Assembly: GCA_964504585.1 (NCBI GenBank)
Contig: CAZDEW010000002.1
Coordinates: forward strand, 33,862-97,861
Direction: 5' to 3'
DNA: 64,000 nucleotides
From: an uncultured Pseudomonadales bacterium
GTDB taxonomy: Bacteria; Pseudomonadota; Gammaproteobacteria; Pseudomonadales; UBA7434
The notes under the pieces are model-generated. The model saw only the letters and a list, made by a program, of their open reading frames with translations. It was not told the DNA's origin and made no database searches. Made by a program: the position numbers and the translations under genes. Below, piece by piece: positions 19,739 to 28,471 of this stretch (positions are counted from its first letter, which is position 1; the number at the start of each line of letters is the position of its first letter).

Positions 19739-21121
19739 ATGAACGATTTAACGGATGTTGGATGGGACCAGGCGCTGCTTCAGCGATATGACCGTCGTGG
19801 GCCGAGATATACGTCTTATCCAGGTGCACATATGTTTGAGCCTCTGTCGGTCGAAACACACCTTGATGCCCATTTGAGTTCGAGGGCGCGCTCACCGGAG
19901 ACGCTCGGTCTCTATGTTCATGTGCCTTTCTGTAATGATATCTGTTATTACTGTGCTTGTAACAAACTGGTCACTCGCGATCGCGCAAAGGGAAGACAGT
20001 ATCTAGATTATCTCAGCAAAGAAATCGATTTATATGGCAGGCACTGGGGTGGCCGCGAGATTACGTCTTTACATCTCGGTGGCGGAACGCCAAACTGGCT
20101 TGACGACGGAGAGCTTACGGAGTTGGTTTATCTGCTTTCGTCGACTTTTAATCTGAGCGACAGGGATAGCAGAGAATTCAGCGTCGAGATAGATCCTCGC
20201 GGTATCGACCTCGATACGATTCGCCTGCTGAGCGGTCTAGGATTTAATCGTCTAAGTCTCGGTGTTCAGGATTTTGATGAGAGAGTCCAGCGGGCAGTTA
20301 ATCGAGTGCAAAGCGAGGCTCTGGTTCGCTCGGTGATTGAATTTGCGCGATTAAGTGGTTTTCGTTCGATCAACTACGACTTGATCTATGGCTTGCCATT
20401 TCAAACCAGTCTATCTTTGTCGAATACGGTTGACGTAGTGCTGGAACACAAGCCAGACAGGGTTGCGCTCTACAACTATGCGCATTTGCCCGATCGCTTC
20501 GTTAGCCAGCGGGCGATAGACCGGTTGAATCTACCGGCTGCAAGTGAGAAATTGAACATGCTCTGCAGTGCAGCAGGCAGGCTGCAGGAGAATGGCTATC
20601 GTTACATTGGTATGGATCATTTCGCGAGAGAAGGTAGCGATATGGAAATAGCCGAGCGGGAAGGTAAGTTGTCCCGCGGTTTTCAAGGCTATTCTATCCA
20701 ATTTGCGCCTGAGACAATCGGGCTTGGTGTGTCTGCAATTAGCAGCCTCGATGATGTCTATTATCAAAACGAGAAATCGCTCGAAGCATACTATGAGAGA
20801 CTTGATCACGGAGAGTTGCCGGCCGTTAAAGGAGTCGTGCTTTCATTTGACGACCAGGTCAGACGGAGAGTTATCCAATCGCTAATTTGCGAACTGCGCG
20901 CTGATAAACAAGAGATAGCTGCCGAGTTTAATATAGACTTTGACAGCTATTTCAAGCAGCTCAAGGGCAAATTTGAGTCTGCCGAAAAAGATGGCCTGCT
21001 TGCGGATTCCACATCGGCAATTATCGTTACGGAGCGAGGAAGACTACTGCTTCGAAACATCTGTATGATCTTTGACAGCACACTGCAATATACCGAGACC
21101 CGCTTTTCCCAGACAGTCTGA
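19739..21121 (+). CDS. hemN: oxygen-independent coproporphyrinogen III oxidase (radical SAM)
   Basis: 460 aa. Motifs YVHVPFCNDICYYCACN (CxxxCxxC) and GGGTPN. Confidence 0.95.
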   Translation: MNDLTDVGWDQALLQRYDRRGPRYTSYPGAHMFEPLSVETHLDAHLSSRARSPETLGLYVHVPFCNDICYYCACNKLVTRDRAKGRQYLDYLSKEIDLYGRHWGGREITSLHLGGGTPNWLDDGELTELVYLLSSTFNLSDRDSREFSVEIDPRGIDLDTIRLLSGLGFNRLSLGVQDFDERVQRAVNRVQSEALVRSVIEFARLSGFRSINYDLIYGLPFQTSLSLSNTVDVVLEHKPDRVALYNYAHLPDRFVSQRAIDRLNLPAASEKLNMLCSAAGRLQENGYRYIGMDHFAREGSDMEIAEREGKLSRGFQGYSIQFAPETIGLGVSAISSLDDVYYQNEKSLEAYYERLDHGELPAVKGVVLSFDDQVRRRVIQSLICELRADKQEIAAEFNIDFDSYFKQLKGKFESAEKDGLLADSTSAIIVTERGRLLLRNICMIFDSTLQYTETRFSQTV

Positions 21122-21220
21122 ACATTACTCACTAAGCTCTTCTCGCCTATCAAATTGCTGTGTTTCGGTACCTTTTGCTGACCGTTTGGGCTTTTAAACG
21201 TTTATACTTAATATCCTTTT

Positions 21221-21967
21221 GTGGATATTCGGAGCGTGCCGATGGGGGCTGATGTAAATAGCTGTGCTCATGATCGCAATGTTAACTGCGGTAATTGCCG
21301 TCTGAATTCAATTTGTATGCCTTTGGCACTGTCTGGTGACGAGGTGGTAAAACTGGACGAAGTCGTTACACGGGGCAGGCCGATACGCAAGGGTAGCCAT
21401 CTGTTTGAGCAGGACAGTGATTTTCGTTCGATTTTCGCGGTGCGCTCAGGCGCTCTGAAGACCTATCGTGTCACCGAAAGCGGTGAAGAGCATGTCATGG
21501 GTTTTTACTTGCCTGGCGAGATCGTCGGTATTGACGGGGTGAGTCGTCACCGTTATGCAACGTCGGCCATAGCACTCGATACGTCTGCCGTCTGCGAGAT
21601 ACCCTTTGAGCGTATCGAGCAGCTGAGCCTTCAGCTTCCCTCCTTACAGCGATATATGTTCCAGTTGATGAGCCGGGAGATTACCGATGACCAAAAGATG
21701 CTCTCGATTGTTAGCCGCAGTACGGCAGAAGAGCGGGTTGCATCGGTGTTGCTAAGCCTTTCGGCGAGGCAGGCCAGACGGCAGCTCAGTGCTACTGAAT
21801 TTCTATTGCCAATGTCACGCCAGGATCTGGCCAATTTTCTTGGTTTAACCGTCGAAACCATAAGTCGTGTGCTGCGTCGATTTAAAGACGACCAAATACT
21901 TGCCGTGGAAGGTAAATCGATTAGCATTCTTGATGCCGAGGGTCTGCGATCTGCTGCGAGTGTCTAG
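21221..21967 (+). CDS. fnr: FNR/Anr-type Crp-family transcriptional regulator
   Basis: 248 aa (alternative ATG 21242). N-terminal Cys cluster CAHDRNVNCGNCRLNSIC, cNMP-binding fold, C-terminal HTH ETISRVL. Confidence 0.9.
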   Translation: MDIRSVPMGADVNSCAHDRNVNCGNCRLNSICMPLALSGDEVVKLDEVVTRGRPIRKGSHLFEQDSDFRSIFAVRSGALKTYRVTESGEEHVMGFYLPGEIVGIDGVSRHRYATSAIALDTSAVCEIPFERIEQLSLQLPSLQRYMFQLMSREITDDQKMLSIVSRSTAEERVASVLLSLSARQARRQLSATEFLLPMSRQDLANFLGLTVETISRVLRRFKDDQILAVEGKSISILDAEGLRSAASV

Positions 21968-22047
21968 TGTCATCCATTGGATGGACGTATCGCGACGATA
22001 GATGAGCTTTAGCGGCTAAAGAAGCGGTTGCTGATTGAAAATCCTTG

Positions 22048-22539
22048 CAATCCCAAAATAGTACCGCTGATCTAAGGCATCAAAAGCTCTAGAATCTGGG
22101 TTCTCCGCCCGTGGCACAACTGGGTTCAAAGCGTCTCGGGGCGAGCACTGCTCGACCAGCTTTGAACGCCAAGGCAGTGGATGCCGCAGGCGGGGTGAGT
22201 TAAGAAGGCAGTGTCGCGCCAGGAAGGCTGCTTCGGCCTACCTTAGTGACTCGTACAATCCCAAAATAGTACTGCTGAACTGTGGCGGCAAAAGCTCTAG
22301 AATCTTGGTTCTCCGCCCGTGGCACAACTGGGTTCAAAGCGTCTCGGGGCGAGCACTGCTCGACCAGCTTTGAACGCCAAGGCAGTGGATGCCGCAGGCG
22401 GGGTGAGTTAAGAAGGCAGTGTCGCGCCAGGAAGGCTGCTTCGGCCTACCTTAGTGACTCGTACAATCCCAAAATAGTACTGCTGAACTGTGGCGGCAAA
22501 AGCTCTAGAATCTTGGTTCTCCGCCCGTGGCACAACTGG
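22048..22539 (+). repeat. 208-bp tandem repeat (about 2.4 copies), each copy carrying the tRNA-Arg promoter and the first 19 nt of the tRNA
   Basis: AATCCCAAAATAGTA starts at 22049, 22257 and 22465, an exact 208-nt period. Copies 1 and 2 are identical from 22105/22313 through the 133-nt non-tRNA segment GTTCAAAGCG...GACTCGTAC. Copy 3 runs into the intact tRNA. Confidence 0.9.
22483..22511 (+). promoter_or_regulatory. putative sigma70 promoter of tRNA-Arg (CTGAAC-17-TAGAAT); equivalent copies at 22067-22095 and 22275-22303
   Basis: TAGAAT at 22506-22511 lies 9 nt upstream of the tRNA 5' end. The same hexamer occurs at 22090-22095 and 22298-22303. The -35 element is weak. Confidence 0.35.
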
Positions 22540-22597
22540 ATAGCGCGTCCCCCTCCTAAGGGGAAGGTTGCAGGTTCGATTCCTGCCGGGCGGGCCA
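22521..22597 (+). tRNA. tRNA-Arg (anticodon CCU), CCA-encoded
   Basis: Manual cloverleaf. Acceptor CCGCCCG/CGGGCGG has 7 of 7 pairs. Anticodon stem TCCCC/GGGGA with loop CU-CCU-AA. T arm GCAGG-TTCGATT-CCTGC. Discriminator G followed by CCA. The D stem has one A-C mismatch. Confidence 0.9.
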
Positions 22598-22717
22598 CTT
22601 TGTGCGCCCTTCCTGTGCAAGGAATGCCATCCCCAAATTAAAGATTTGGGTCGTTAATCAAACGCAAAGCGATGCTTTGCTAAAGACGTTTGATTAACCC
22701 AGCCGGGCGGGCCACTT
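22585..22717 (+). repeat. 16-nt direct repeat of the tRNA 3' end (GCCGGGCGGGCCACTT) flanking a 101-bp hairpin-rich spacer
   Basis: Identical 16-mers at 22585-22600 and 22702-22717. The spacer holds CCCAAAT/ATTTGGG and a 12-bp stem GTTAATCAAACG/CGTTTGATTAAC with nested CAAAGC/GCTTTG. Confidence 0.7.
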
Positions 22718-22754
22718 CTTGCTATGCAAATTTACAGTCGCTACCTGCAAAAAA

Positions 22755-23489
22755 TTAAGTCTTCTGCCCAATCGGCCTTAGCAAAATCTCATTCACATCG
22801 ACTTCGTCAGGCTGTTCCATCGCCCAGACAATGCTGTCCGCAATGCTCTCCGCGCTGATCGCATCTTCGTAGGATTTGTTGATCGCAGCGCTTAACTTGG
22901 GGTCAGAGATTGTTGTGGTGAGCTCTGTTGCTACGCTGCCAGGTGAAATCAGGGTCGTGCGAATCTGCTGCTCTTCCTGCCTTAACGCCTCTGATAGCGC
23001 TCTGACTGCGTGCTTGGTGGCACAGTAGACGCCGCCGGCTGGGAACACAGTGTGCCCTGCGATAGACGCTATATTGATAACGTGCCCTGATCCTTGAGCC
23101 TTCATCTGTCCAATAACAGCCGCTATCCCGTACAGTACGCCTTTGATGTTTACATCAACCATCTGATCCCACTCTTCGACCTTTGTCTGGGACAAGAATG
23201 AAAGCGGCATTAAACCGGCGTTGTTGATAATCGCGTCAATTCGGCCAAATTCAGTCATTGCGAGGCTGGCAAGTGCTTCGACATCTTCTCGTTGGGTGAC
23301 ATCAGTTTTACGAACCAGGACCTCACTGCCTTGTTCATTTAAGGCCGCTGCTAGTGCTTCTAGTCGGTCCACGCGGCGTGCGCCAATCACCAGGCGAGCT
23401 CCTTTCGCCGATAGCTTTTTTACGGCCTCTTCGCCAATTCCGCTGCTTGCGCCTGTTATGATAACCACGCGACCTTTAATGACGCTCAT
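22755..23489 (-). CDS. SDR-family oxidoreductase
   Basis: 244 aa. Motifs TGASSGIG, NNAG, YCATK. Confidence 0.85.
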   Translation of the reverse strand: MSVIKGRVVIITGASSGIGEEAVKKLSAKGARLVIGARRVDRLEALAAALNEQGSEVLVRKTDVTQREDVEALASLAMTEFGRIDAIINNAGLMPLSFLSQTKVEEWDQMVDVNIKGVLYGIAAVIGQMKAQGSGHVINIASIAGHTVFPAGGVYCATKHAVRALSEALRQEEQQIRTTLISPGSVATELTTTISDPKLSAAINKSYEDAISAESIADSIVWAMEQPDEVDVNEILLRPIGQKT

Positions 23490-23799
23490 TTGCTTACTCC
23501 GGTTTATATCTTTTGAATGGTTGGTGCGCGACCAGCATGAGCTACCGGCTTGAAACGTTGCTATCTTTTTGCCTGAGACTGCAATTCGATATTGTGCGGG
23601 TTCGCGTGACTACTTGCTATTCTAACCTGTAAGCGTTTCGGTCGTCTGCATATCTGCTATGCGTGTAGATATTCGGTGTTTTAGCTGAGTGCAAATCGAA
23701 CCAAATGGATAATTTAAGGTCGAAGGAGCGAGAAATCGTTGCGAGCTCAAGAATTAGAGCAGAATTTTTGAAAAACTCTGAAAAACCCATAACGGACGT

Positions 23800-24615
23800 A
23801 TGAAAAGCCTAACCGTAAAACTGATAGTTACTCTATTGCTCACTATTTCGCTAACGGCGAACGCCAAAACAGATACCGATTTGTGGCGGGCATCTGATAA
23901 TTCATCTGTTAGCATCATCAACCATGATCTCTGGGGTGAATTGTTGAGTAGCCATGTGCATCTGGCAGAGTCCGGTGTCAATCTGTTTGCCTATACAGAT
24001 GTTACGGCAGCCGATCGCAATAAGCTGTCTGCCTACATTGAAAGTATGGCTATGGTTCGTATCGATGAGTTCAATGCTCAAGAGCAGCTGGCGTACTGGA
24101 TTAATTTGTATAATGCTCTGACAGTTAGCGTGATACTGGAGAACTATCCGGTCACAAGTATTCGAAAAATCGGAGGCAGCTTTTTCGCCCCAGGCCCCTG
24201 GAATCAAACCGTTGTGTCTGTGAAGGGTCAAGATCTTACATTGAACGATATCGAACACAGGATTATTAGGCCGGTCTTTGCAGACAAACGAATCCACTAT
24301 GCAGTAAACTGCGCCAGCATTGGTTGTCCGAACCTTTCGCCAGCGGTTTATCAGGGCGCAACCTTGGGCGAGCAGTTGGATGCTGCCGCATGTGAGTTCA
24401 TCCGGCACCCGAGAGGAGTGCAGATAAGCGGCGACAAGCTTCGTTTGTCCAGTATATACAAATGGTATATCGAGGATTTCGGCGACAGTGTAGAAGCATT
24501 AAAGCCCCATCTGGCCGAGTGTCTAGACCCGGAGGTTGCCGAGCGCCTCCTGCAGCTGGAAACCGGTTTTGGCAAGGTTAAGTATCAGTATGACTGGAAG
24601 CTTAATGCTAAGTGA
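23800..24615 (+). CDS. DUF547 domain-containing secreted protein
   Basis: 271 aa with a signal peptide. YWINLYNALTV...HYAVNCASIGCPNL is typical of DUF547. Confidence 0.7.
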   Translation: MKSLTVKLIVTLLLTISLTANAKTDTDLWRASDNSSVSIINHDLWGELLSSHVHLAESGVNLFAYTDVTAADRNKLSAYIESMAMVRIDEFNAQEQLAYWINLYNALTVSVILENYPVTSIRKIGGSFFAPGPWNQTVVSVKGQDLTLNDIEHRIIRPVFADKRIHYAVNCASIGCPNLSPAVYQGATLGEQLDAAACEFIRHPRGVQISGDKLRLSSIYKWYIEDFGDSVEALKPHLAECLDPEVAERLLQLETGFGKVKYQYDWKLNAK

Positions 24616-24685
24616 AATGCTGCAACGCCAGTGCTCATTGACGCTCAAGGCGTTGGCTCAATACTAAAAACTTGAGAGAAACAGT

Positions 24686-25675
24686 TTGCAGAATACCGCT
24701 CCCTTGCTGCTGGCAGCCACCGATTTCCCCGCTATTAAACGTCGCGGCATTTCGACGCTGCAGGTTAACCTTGGCTATCTGTGCAACATGACCTGCGTGC
24801 ATTGTCACGTAAATGCCGGCCCCAATCGCACAGAGCTAATGTCCAGCGAAATTATTGATGTTGTGATAGAGGTTCTAGCACAGCGCAAGATTGAGGTGCT
24901 CGATTTAACTGGCGGCGCACCGGAGCTGAATCCGCACTTTCGACGCCTCGTGGAGGCGGCGCGCTCCCTGGGGGTGGAAGTCATCGACCGTTGTAATTTA
25001 ACGGTACTGTTTGAGGAAGGGCAGGCCGATCTTGCCGCGTTTCTTGCACGTAATGGCGTTACGATCACAGCGAGCCTTCCATGCTACGAAGAGGAGAACG
25101 TCTCGGCGCAGCGCGGCAAAGGGACGTATGAAAAGAGCATCGATGCCTTGCAACTGCTCAATCAACTCGGCTACGGCAAAGATGCCGATAAACAATTAAA
25201 TCTAGTGTATAACCCGGTCGGCCCCAATCTACCTCCCGCGCAGGATCAACTGGAAGCTGATTACAAAAAGAATCTCGGTGATGCCCATGGGGTTGTATTC
25301 AATCAGCTCTTTACCATTACCAACATGCCAATTAGCCGATTCGGCGCGGTGCTGCTCGCTCAGGGCGAGTACGATAGCTATATGGATTTACTTAAATCCA
25401 GCTTCTCGCCATCTAATCTTGAAACCGTAATGTGCAAAGACCTTGTCAGCATAGACTGGCAGGGATATCTGTACGATTGCGATTTCAATCAAATGCTGGA
25501 ACTGCCCATTGGCTCCCGTCGTCAATCGAGTGCTGAGGTGCTGGTATCGACACGTCCCCACGTGCGTTCACTTCTTTCGAGTAACATGGCCGGACACGAA
25601 ATTATGATTGGTGAGCATTGCTTTGGCTGTACGGCAGGCCAGGGTAGCAGTTGCGGTGGTGCACTGGCCGAATAG
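24686..25675 (+). CDS. arsS: radical SAM/Cys-rich domain protein (ArsS-type, rSAM/selenodomain family)
   Basis: 329 aa with a TTG start. CNMTCVHC radical-SAM cluster. C-terminal Cys-rich tail HCFGCTAGQGSSCGG. The family is recalled from memory, not searched. Confidence 0.7.
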   Translation: MQNTAPLLLAATDFPAIKRRGISTLQVNLGYLCNMTCVHCHVNAGPNRTELMSSEIIDVVIEVLAQRKIEVLDLTGGAPELNPHFRRLVEAARSLGVEVIDRCNLTVLFEEGQADLAAFLARNGVTITASLPCYEEENVSAQRGKGTYEKSIDALQLLNQLGYGKDADKQLNLVYNPVGPNLPPAQDQLEADYKKNLGDAHGVVFNQLFTITNMPISRFGAVLLAQGEYDSYMDLLKSSFSPSNLETVMCKDLVSIDWQGYLYDCDFNQMLELPIGSRRQSSAEVLVSTRPHVRSLLSSNMAGHEIMIGEHCFGCTAGQGSSCGGALAE

Positions 25676-25702
25676 CCTAGCGCTATCGGGTCGGATCGCA
25701 AG

Positions 25703-26392
25703 GTGGCTGCTTATTCCTGTGCGCTAAGCGTCGTTATCCCAACGCTTAATGAGTCGTCAGCACTGGAGCACACGCTACTATCGCTACAGGCAGCTCGCAA
25801 GAAAGGTGTACAGCTCATCGTAGTTGACGGCGGCAGTGAAGACGATACCTGTGATCTTGCGCAACCCTTAGTCGACATTCTTGATACCGCACCCAGGGGG
25901 CGTGCCCGTCAGATGAATCATGGCGCCAGGCTTGCCTCGGGCGAGAGTATTCTGTTTTTACATGCTGACACCATGCTACCGCCAGACATTCTGGCGCTGC
26001 TCGATCGCTGGCAGCAAAGCAAGACCTGTTGGGGTTTTTTTCGAGTGTCTCTGAGTGGCAGTGACTGGCGGTTTCGTGTGATCGAACGGTTTATCAACTG
26101 GCGTTCAGCGCTGTTTCAGCTGCCAACGGGTGATCAGGCAATTTTTCTGAGAGCTGATACCTTCGATAGGCTCGACGGTTATGCAGATATCGCAATTATG
26201 GAAGACGTAGAAATCGGCAAGCGCTTAAGGGCCGATCACGGCAGGGCTTATGTTGTTCCCGCACCCGTTATCACAGACTCTCGTCGCTGGGAGCGTAATG
26301 GAGTCTGGAAGACCGTTTGGCTAATGTGGCAGCTGCGGTTCGCTTACTGGTGCGGTACCAACCCTTCTGAACTCGCGCGACGCTATCAATAA
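25703..26392 (+). CDS. family-2 glycosyltransferase (rSAM/selenodomain-associated transferase 2 type)
   Basis: 229 aa with a GTG start. VVIPTLNE...VVDGGSEDDT...LHADT is GT-A/GT2-like. Confidence 0.65.
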   Translation: MAAYSCALSVVIPTLNESSALEHTLLSLQAARKKGVQLIVVDGGSEDDTCDLAQPLVDILDTAPRGRARQMNHGARLASGESILFLHADTMLPPDILALLDRWQQSKTCWGFFRVSLSGSDWRFRVIERFINWRSALFQLPTGDQAIFLRADTFDRLDGYADIAIMEDVEIGKRLRADHGRAYVVPAPVITDSRRWERNGVWKTVWLMWQLRFAYWCGTNPSELARRYQ

Positions 26393-26405
26393 GAGCTCCA
26401 GCACG

Positions 26406-27029
26406 ATGGATTGCCTGATTATCTTTGCCAAGGCCCCTGTACCCGGGCGTGTTAAGACCCGCTTATCGCCCGCATTTTCGGCGCAGCAAGCCTGTGCGAT
26501 TCATTGGGCATTGGTTCGTTCGATGCTAAAGCGGATGAATAGTCTCTTGCCGGCTATGCAGCTCGAACTGCACAGCGACGACTGCCAGCACCCAGCGGTT
26601 GTGGCGCTTACACAGGCTTTCCCGAGCCTCGTGTTAAAAAATCAACGCGGTCAGTGTCTCGGAGAGAGAATGAGCGCGGCATTTAATGGCGCCTGTGAGC
26701 ACTTTGATCGGGTTGTGCTTTGCGGTAGCGATTCGCTCGCATTCACCGCCAAGCATGTCCAGCACATGACGCAACGTCTTGATAGCTGTGATGTCGTTTT
26801 CACGCCTGTTACTGATGGCGGCTATATTGCGGTTGGAGCAAGGCGATCTGAAGATGTTAGCAAGCTTTTTCGCAACATCGACTGGGGTTCTTCGTCAGTG
26901 ATGAGCCAGACCAGAGAAAGAGCTGCCGAGCATGGTTTGACACTCGACGAATTAAAGGCGGTGACAGACATTGATACCCCGGCGGATCTTGAGACGATCG
27001 ACCTTGAATCCTTGCTCGCGAAGCAGTGA
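26406..27029 (+). CDS. DUF2064-type transferase (rSAM/selenodomain-associated transferase 1 type)
   Basis: 207 aa. IIFAKAPVPGRVKTRL N-terminus typical of DUF2064. Adjacent to the GT2 and rSAM genes. Confidence 0.65.
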   Translation: MDCLIIFAKAPVPGRVKTRLSPAFSAQQACAIHWALVRSMLKRMNSLLPAMQLELHSDDCQHPAVVALTQAFPSLVLKNQRGQCLGERMSAAFNGACEHFDRVVLCGSDSLAFTAKHVQHMTQRLDSCDVVFTPVTDGGYIAVGARRSEDVSKLFRNIDWGSSSVMSQTRERAAEHGLTLDELKAVTDIDTPADLETIDLESLLAKQ

Positions 27030-27341
27030 TCTTCTTCACTCATTTCCAAGCTTCGTGTCTCTACAAGGTGCGACGCGCAAACTAAACCAAAGTTCAGCCA
27101 ACTAAACCAAAGATCGATTGCGGGCTTTTTCTCTTTCAGTAGACTGTACACATGGTTCAGGAAGGGCCATCTGCATGACGGAGGATGCTGCAGCACCCCG
27201 TCTCCCGATGCGCCTCCGTGTTGAAGGTTTCATCTCGTCCTTTGATTCGGAGACGGCATTCAGGATTGATTGGACAGGAAGTCCTCTCGCAATTGCAGTG
27301 TACAGCAAGGAAGTCTTGTCAGGGACGGCTGGAATACTGAC

Positions 27342-27371
27342 AAAAGAGGAGCGCTTCGGTGCTCCTCTTTT
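27342..27371. terminator. bidirectional rho-independent terminator
   Basis: AAAAGAGGAGC-GCTTCGGT-GCTCCTCTTTT hairpin, flanked by an A-run upstream and a T-rich run downstream. Lies 66 nt beyond the sirtuin stop. Confidence 0.7.
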
Positions 27372-27436
27372 CTTTTCTGATCTCTACTCGATTTTTCTGT
27401 TCTCTTCCTCTTGGGTTTGCGGGAAAGATGAGAAGC

Positions 27437-28267
27437 CTACAGGAGTGTGTCTAGCGCGGTAGCGCAGTCCATCGTGTATTTTGCAGTGGCAATGTCGTCA
27501 GCTCGTGTCTTCCCTTCACTGATTACGAGTAGCGGTTTACCTAGTTCTGCGGCCTTCCGGCAGAATCGGAATGCCGAGAATACAGTGAGAGACGAACCAA
27601 AAACAATGACACCCTCCGATTGATCAAAAAGGGATTGGCTGGCCTGGCGTATCTCGGGTTTGAGCGTGCCACCAAAGAAAACCACGTCGGGCATGAGAAC
27701 GCCACCACATCGTGAGCAGGGCGGTACCGTCATCTTCTCAGTTAATTTATCCTCAACAAAAGCATCGCCATCGGGTGCTAATTGTGGCCGATAGTTTGAG
27801 CCATCGTTGATGACGTCTTGCATAAATTGATTGGCTTCGAGAAGCTGATACTGAAATTCGTCGCGACTCACCTTTTTATCACAGTGCAAGCAAACCACCC
27901 GATCGAGTCTGCCATGCAGGTCAATCACATGCTTTTGACCCGCGCGCTGATGTAAGCGGTCTACATTTTGCGTGATCAGTCCGTTCAATACGCCACGTTT
28001 TTCGATCTCGACCAGCGCCTCATGGGCCCGGTTAGGCTGCGCTCTCGAAACCGGAGGCCAGCCGACTAGACTGCGTGCCCAGTAGCGCTGCCTTTTCTCG
28101 GCTTGCCGGATAAATTCCTGATGTTTAATTGGATCACTACGCTGCCACTGGCCTTCGGCATCGCGATAGGTTGGTATTCCGGACGCCGCGCTAAGCCCTG
28201 CGCCCGTGATGACGAGCCACCGATCGCGCTTTGCAAAGTCGTCTTTGAGTTGAGATGTCAGAGTCAT
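27437..28267 (-). CDS. cobB: NAD-dependent protein deacylase (Sir2 family)
   Basis: 276 aa. GAGLSAASGIPTYR, QNVDRLH, Zn ribbon CLHC...CSRCGG. Confidence 0.85.
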   Translation of the reverse strand: MTLTSQLKDDFAKRDRWLVITGAGLSAASGIPTYRDAEGQWQRSDPIKHQEFIRQAEKRQRYWARSLVGWPPVSRAQPNRAHEALVEIEKRGVLNGLITQNVDRLHQRAGQKHVIDLHGRLDRVVCLHCDKKVSRDEFQYQLLEANQFMQDVINDGSNYRPQLAPDGDAFVEDKLTEKMTVPPCSRCGGVLMPDVVFFGGTLKPEIRQASQSLFDQSEGVIVFGSSLTVFSAFRFCRKAAELGKPLLVISEGKTRADDIATAKYTMDCATALDTLL

Positions 28268-28471
28268 TACTAATTGTCGCCAACTGTTTCGTTTGCGCTA
28301 TCGATCAAACGGTTTTTACGTTTATATCGCTCGCACCTTAATAGTGCCGGTTCAAACCCGCTTAATATACGCTCACCTCGCGCATTAGGGCTAAAAACTT
28401 ACCGGCGCGCCTTTCCATTACGCTAGGCGTTGTTTACTATTCGCATCCCTCTTTAATCGTGGAACCCAAGC

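Noticed and set aside
22048-22539. Possible CRISPR array or minisatellite at the tRNA locus
   Set aside because: The period is 208 bp with no alternating unique spacers, the units are identical rather than repeat-spacer structured, and no cas genes are present. It is reported instead as a tandem duplication involving the tRNA promoter and 5' end.
22282-22641. 119-aa plus-strand ORF (and 70-aa minus-strand ORF 22408-22620) across the repeat and tRNA
   Set aside because: They run through a bona fide tRNA gene and repeat units. The composition is Arg/Gly/Ser-rich and low-complexity, with no RBS. They were treated as non-coding.
22000-23800. Genomic island or prophage inserted at tRNA-Arg
   Set aside because: No integrase, excisionase, phage or transposase gene lies within several kb on either side. 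Only short att-like repeats remain, and the flanking genes are ordinary metabolic genes.
27437-28267. Sir2-domain protein as a defence-system component (Thoeris/DSR-like)
   Set aside because: The protein is 276 aa with canonical sirtuin motifs and a Zn ribbon. It has no fused or adjacent effector or sensor genes, so it is consistent with a housekeeping CobB-type deacylase.
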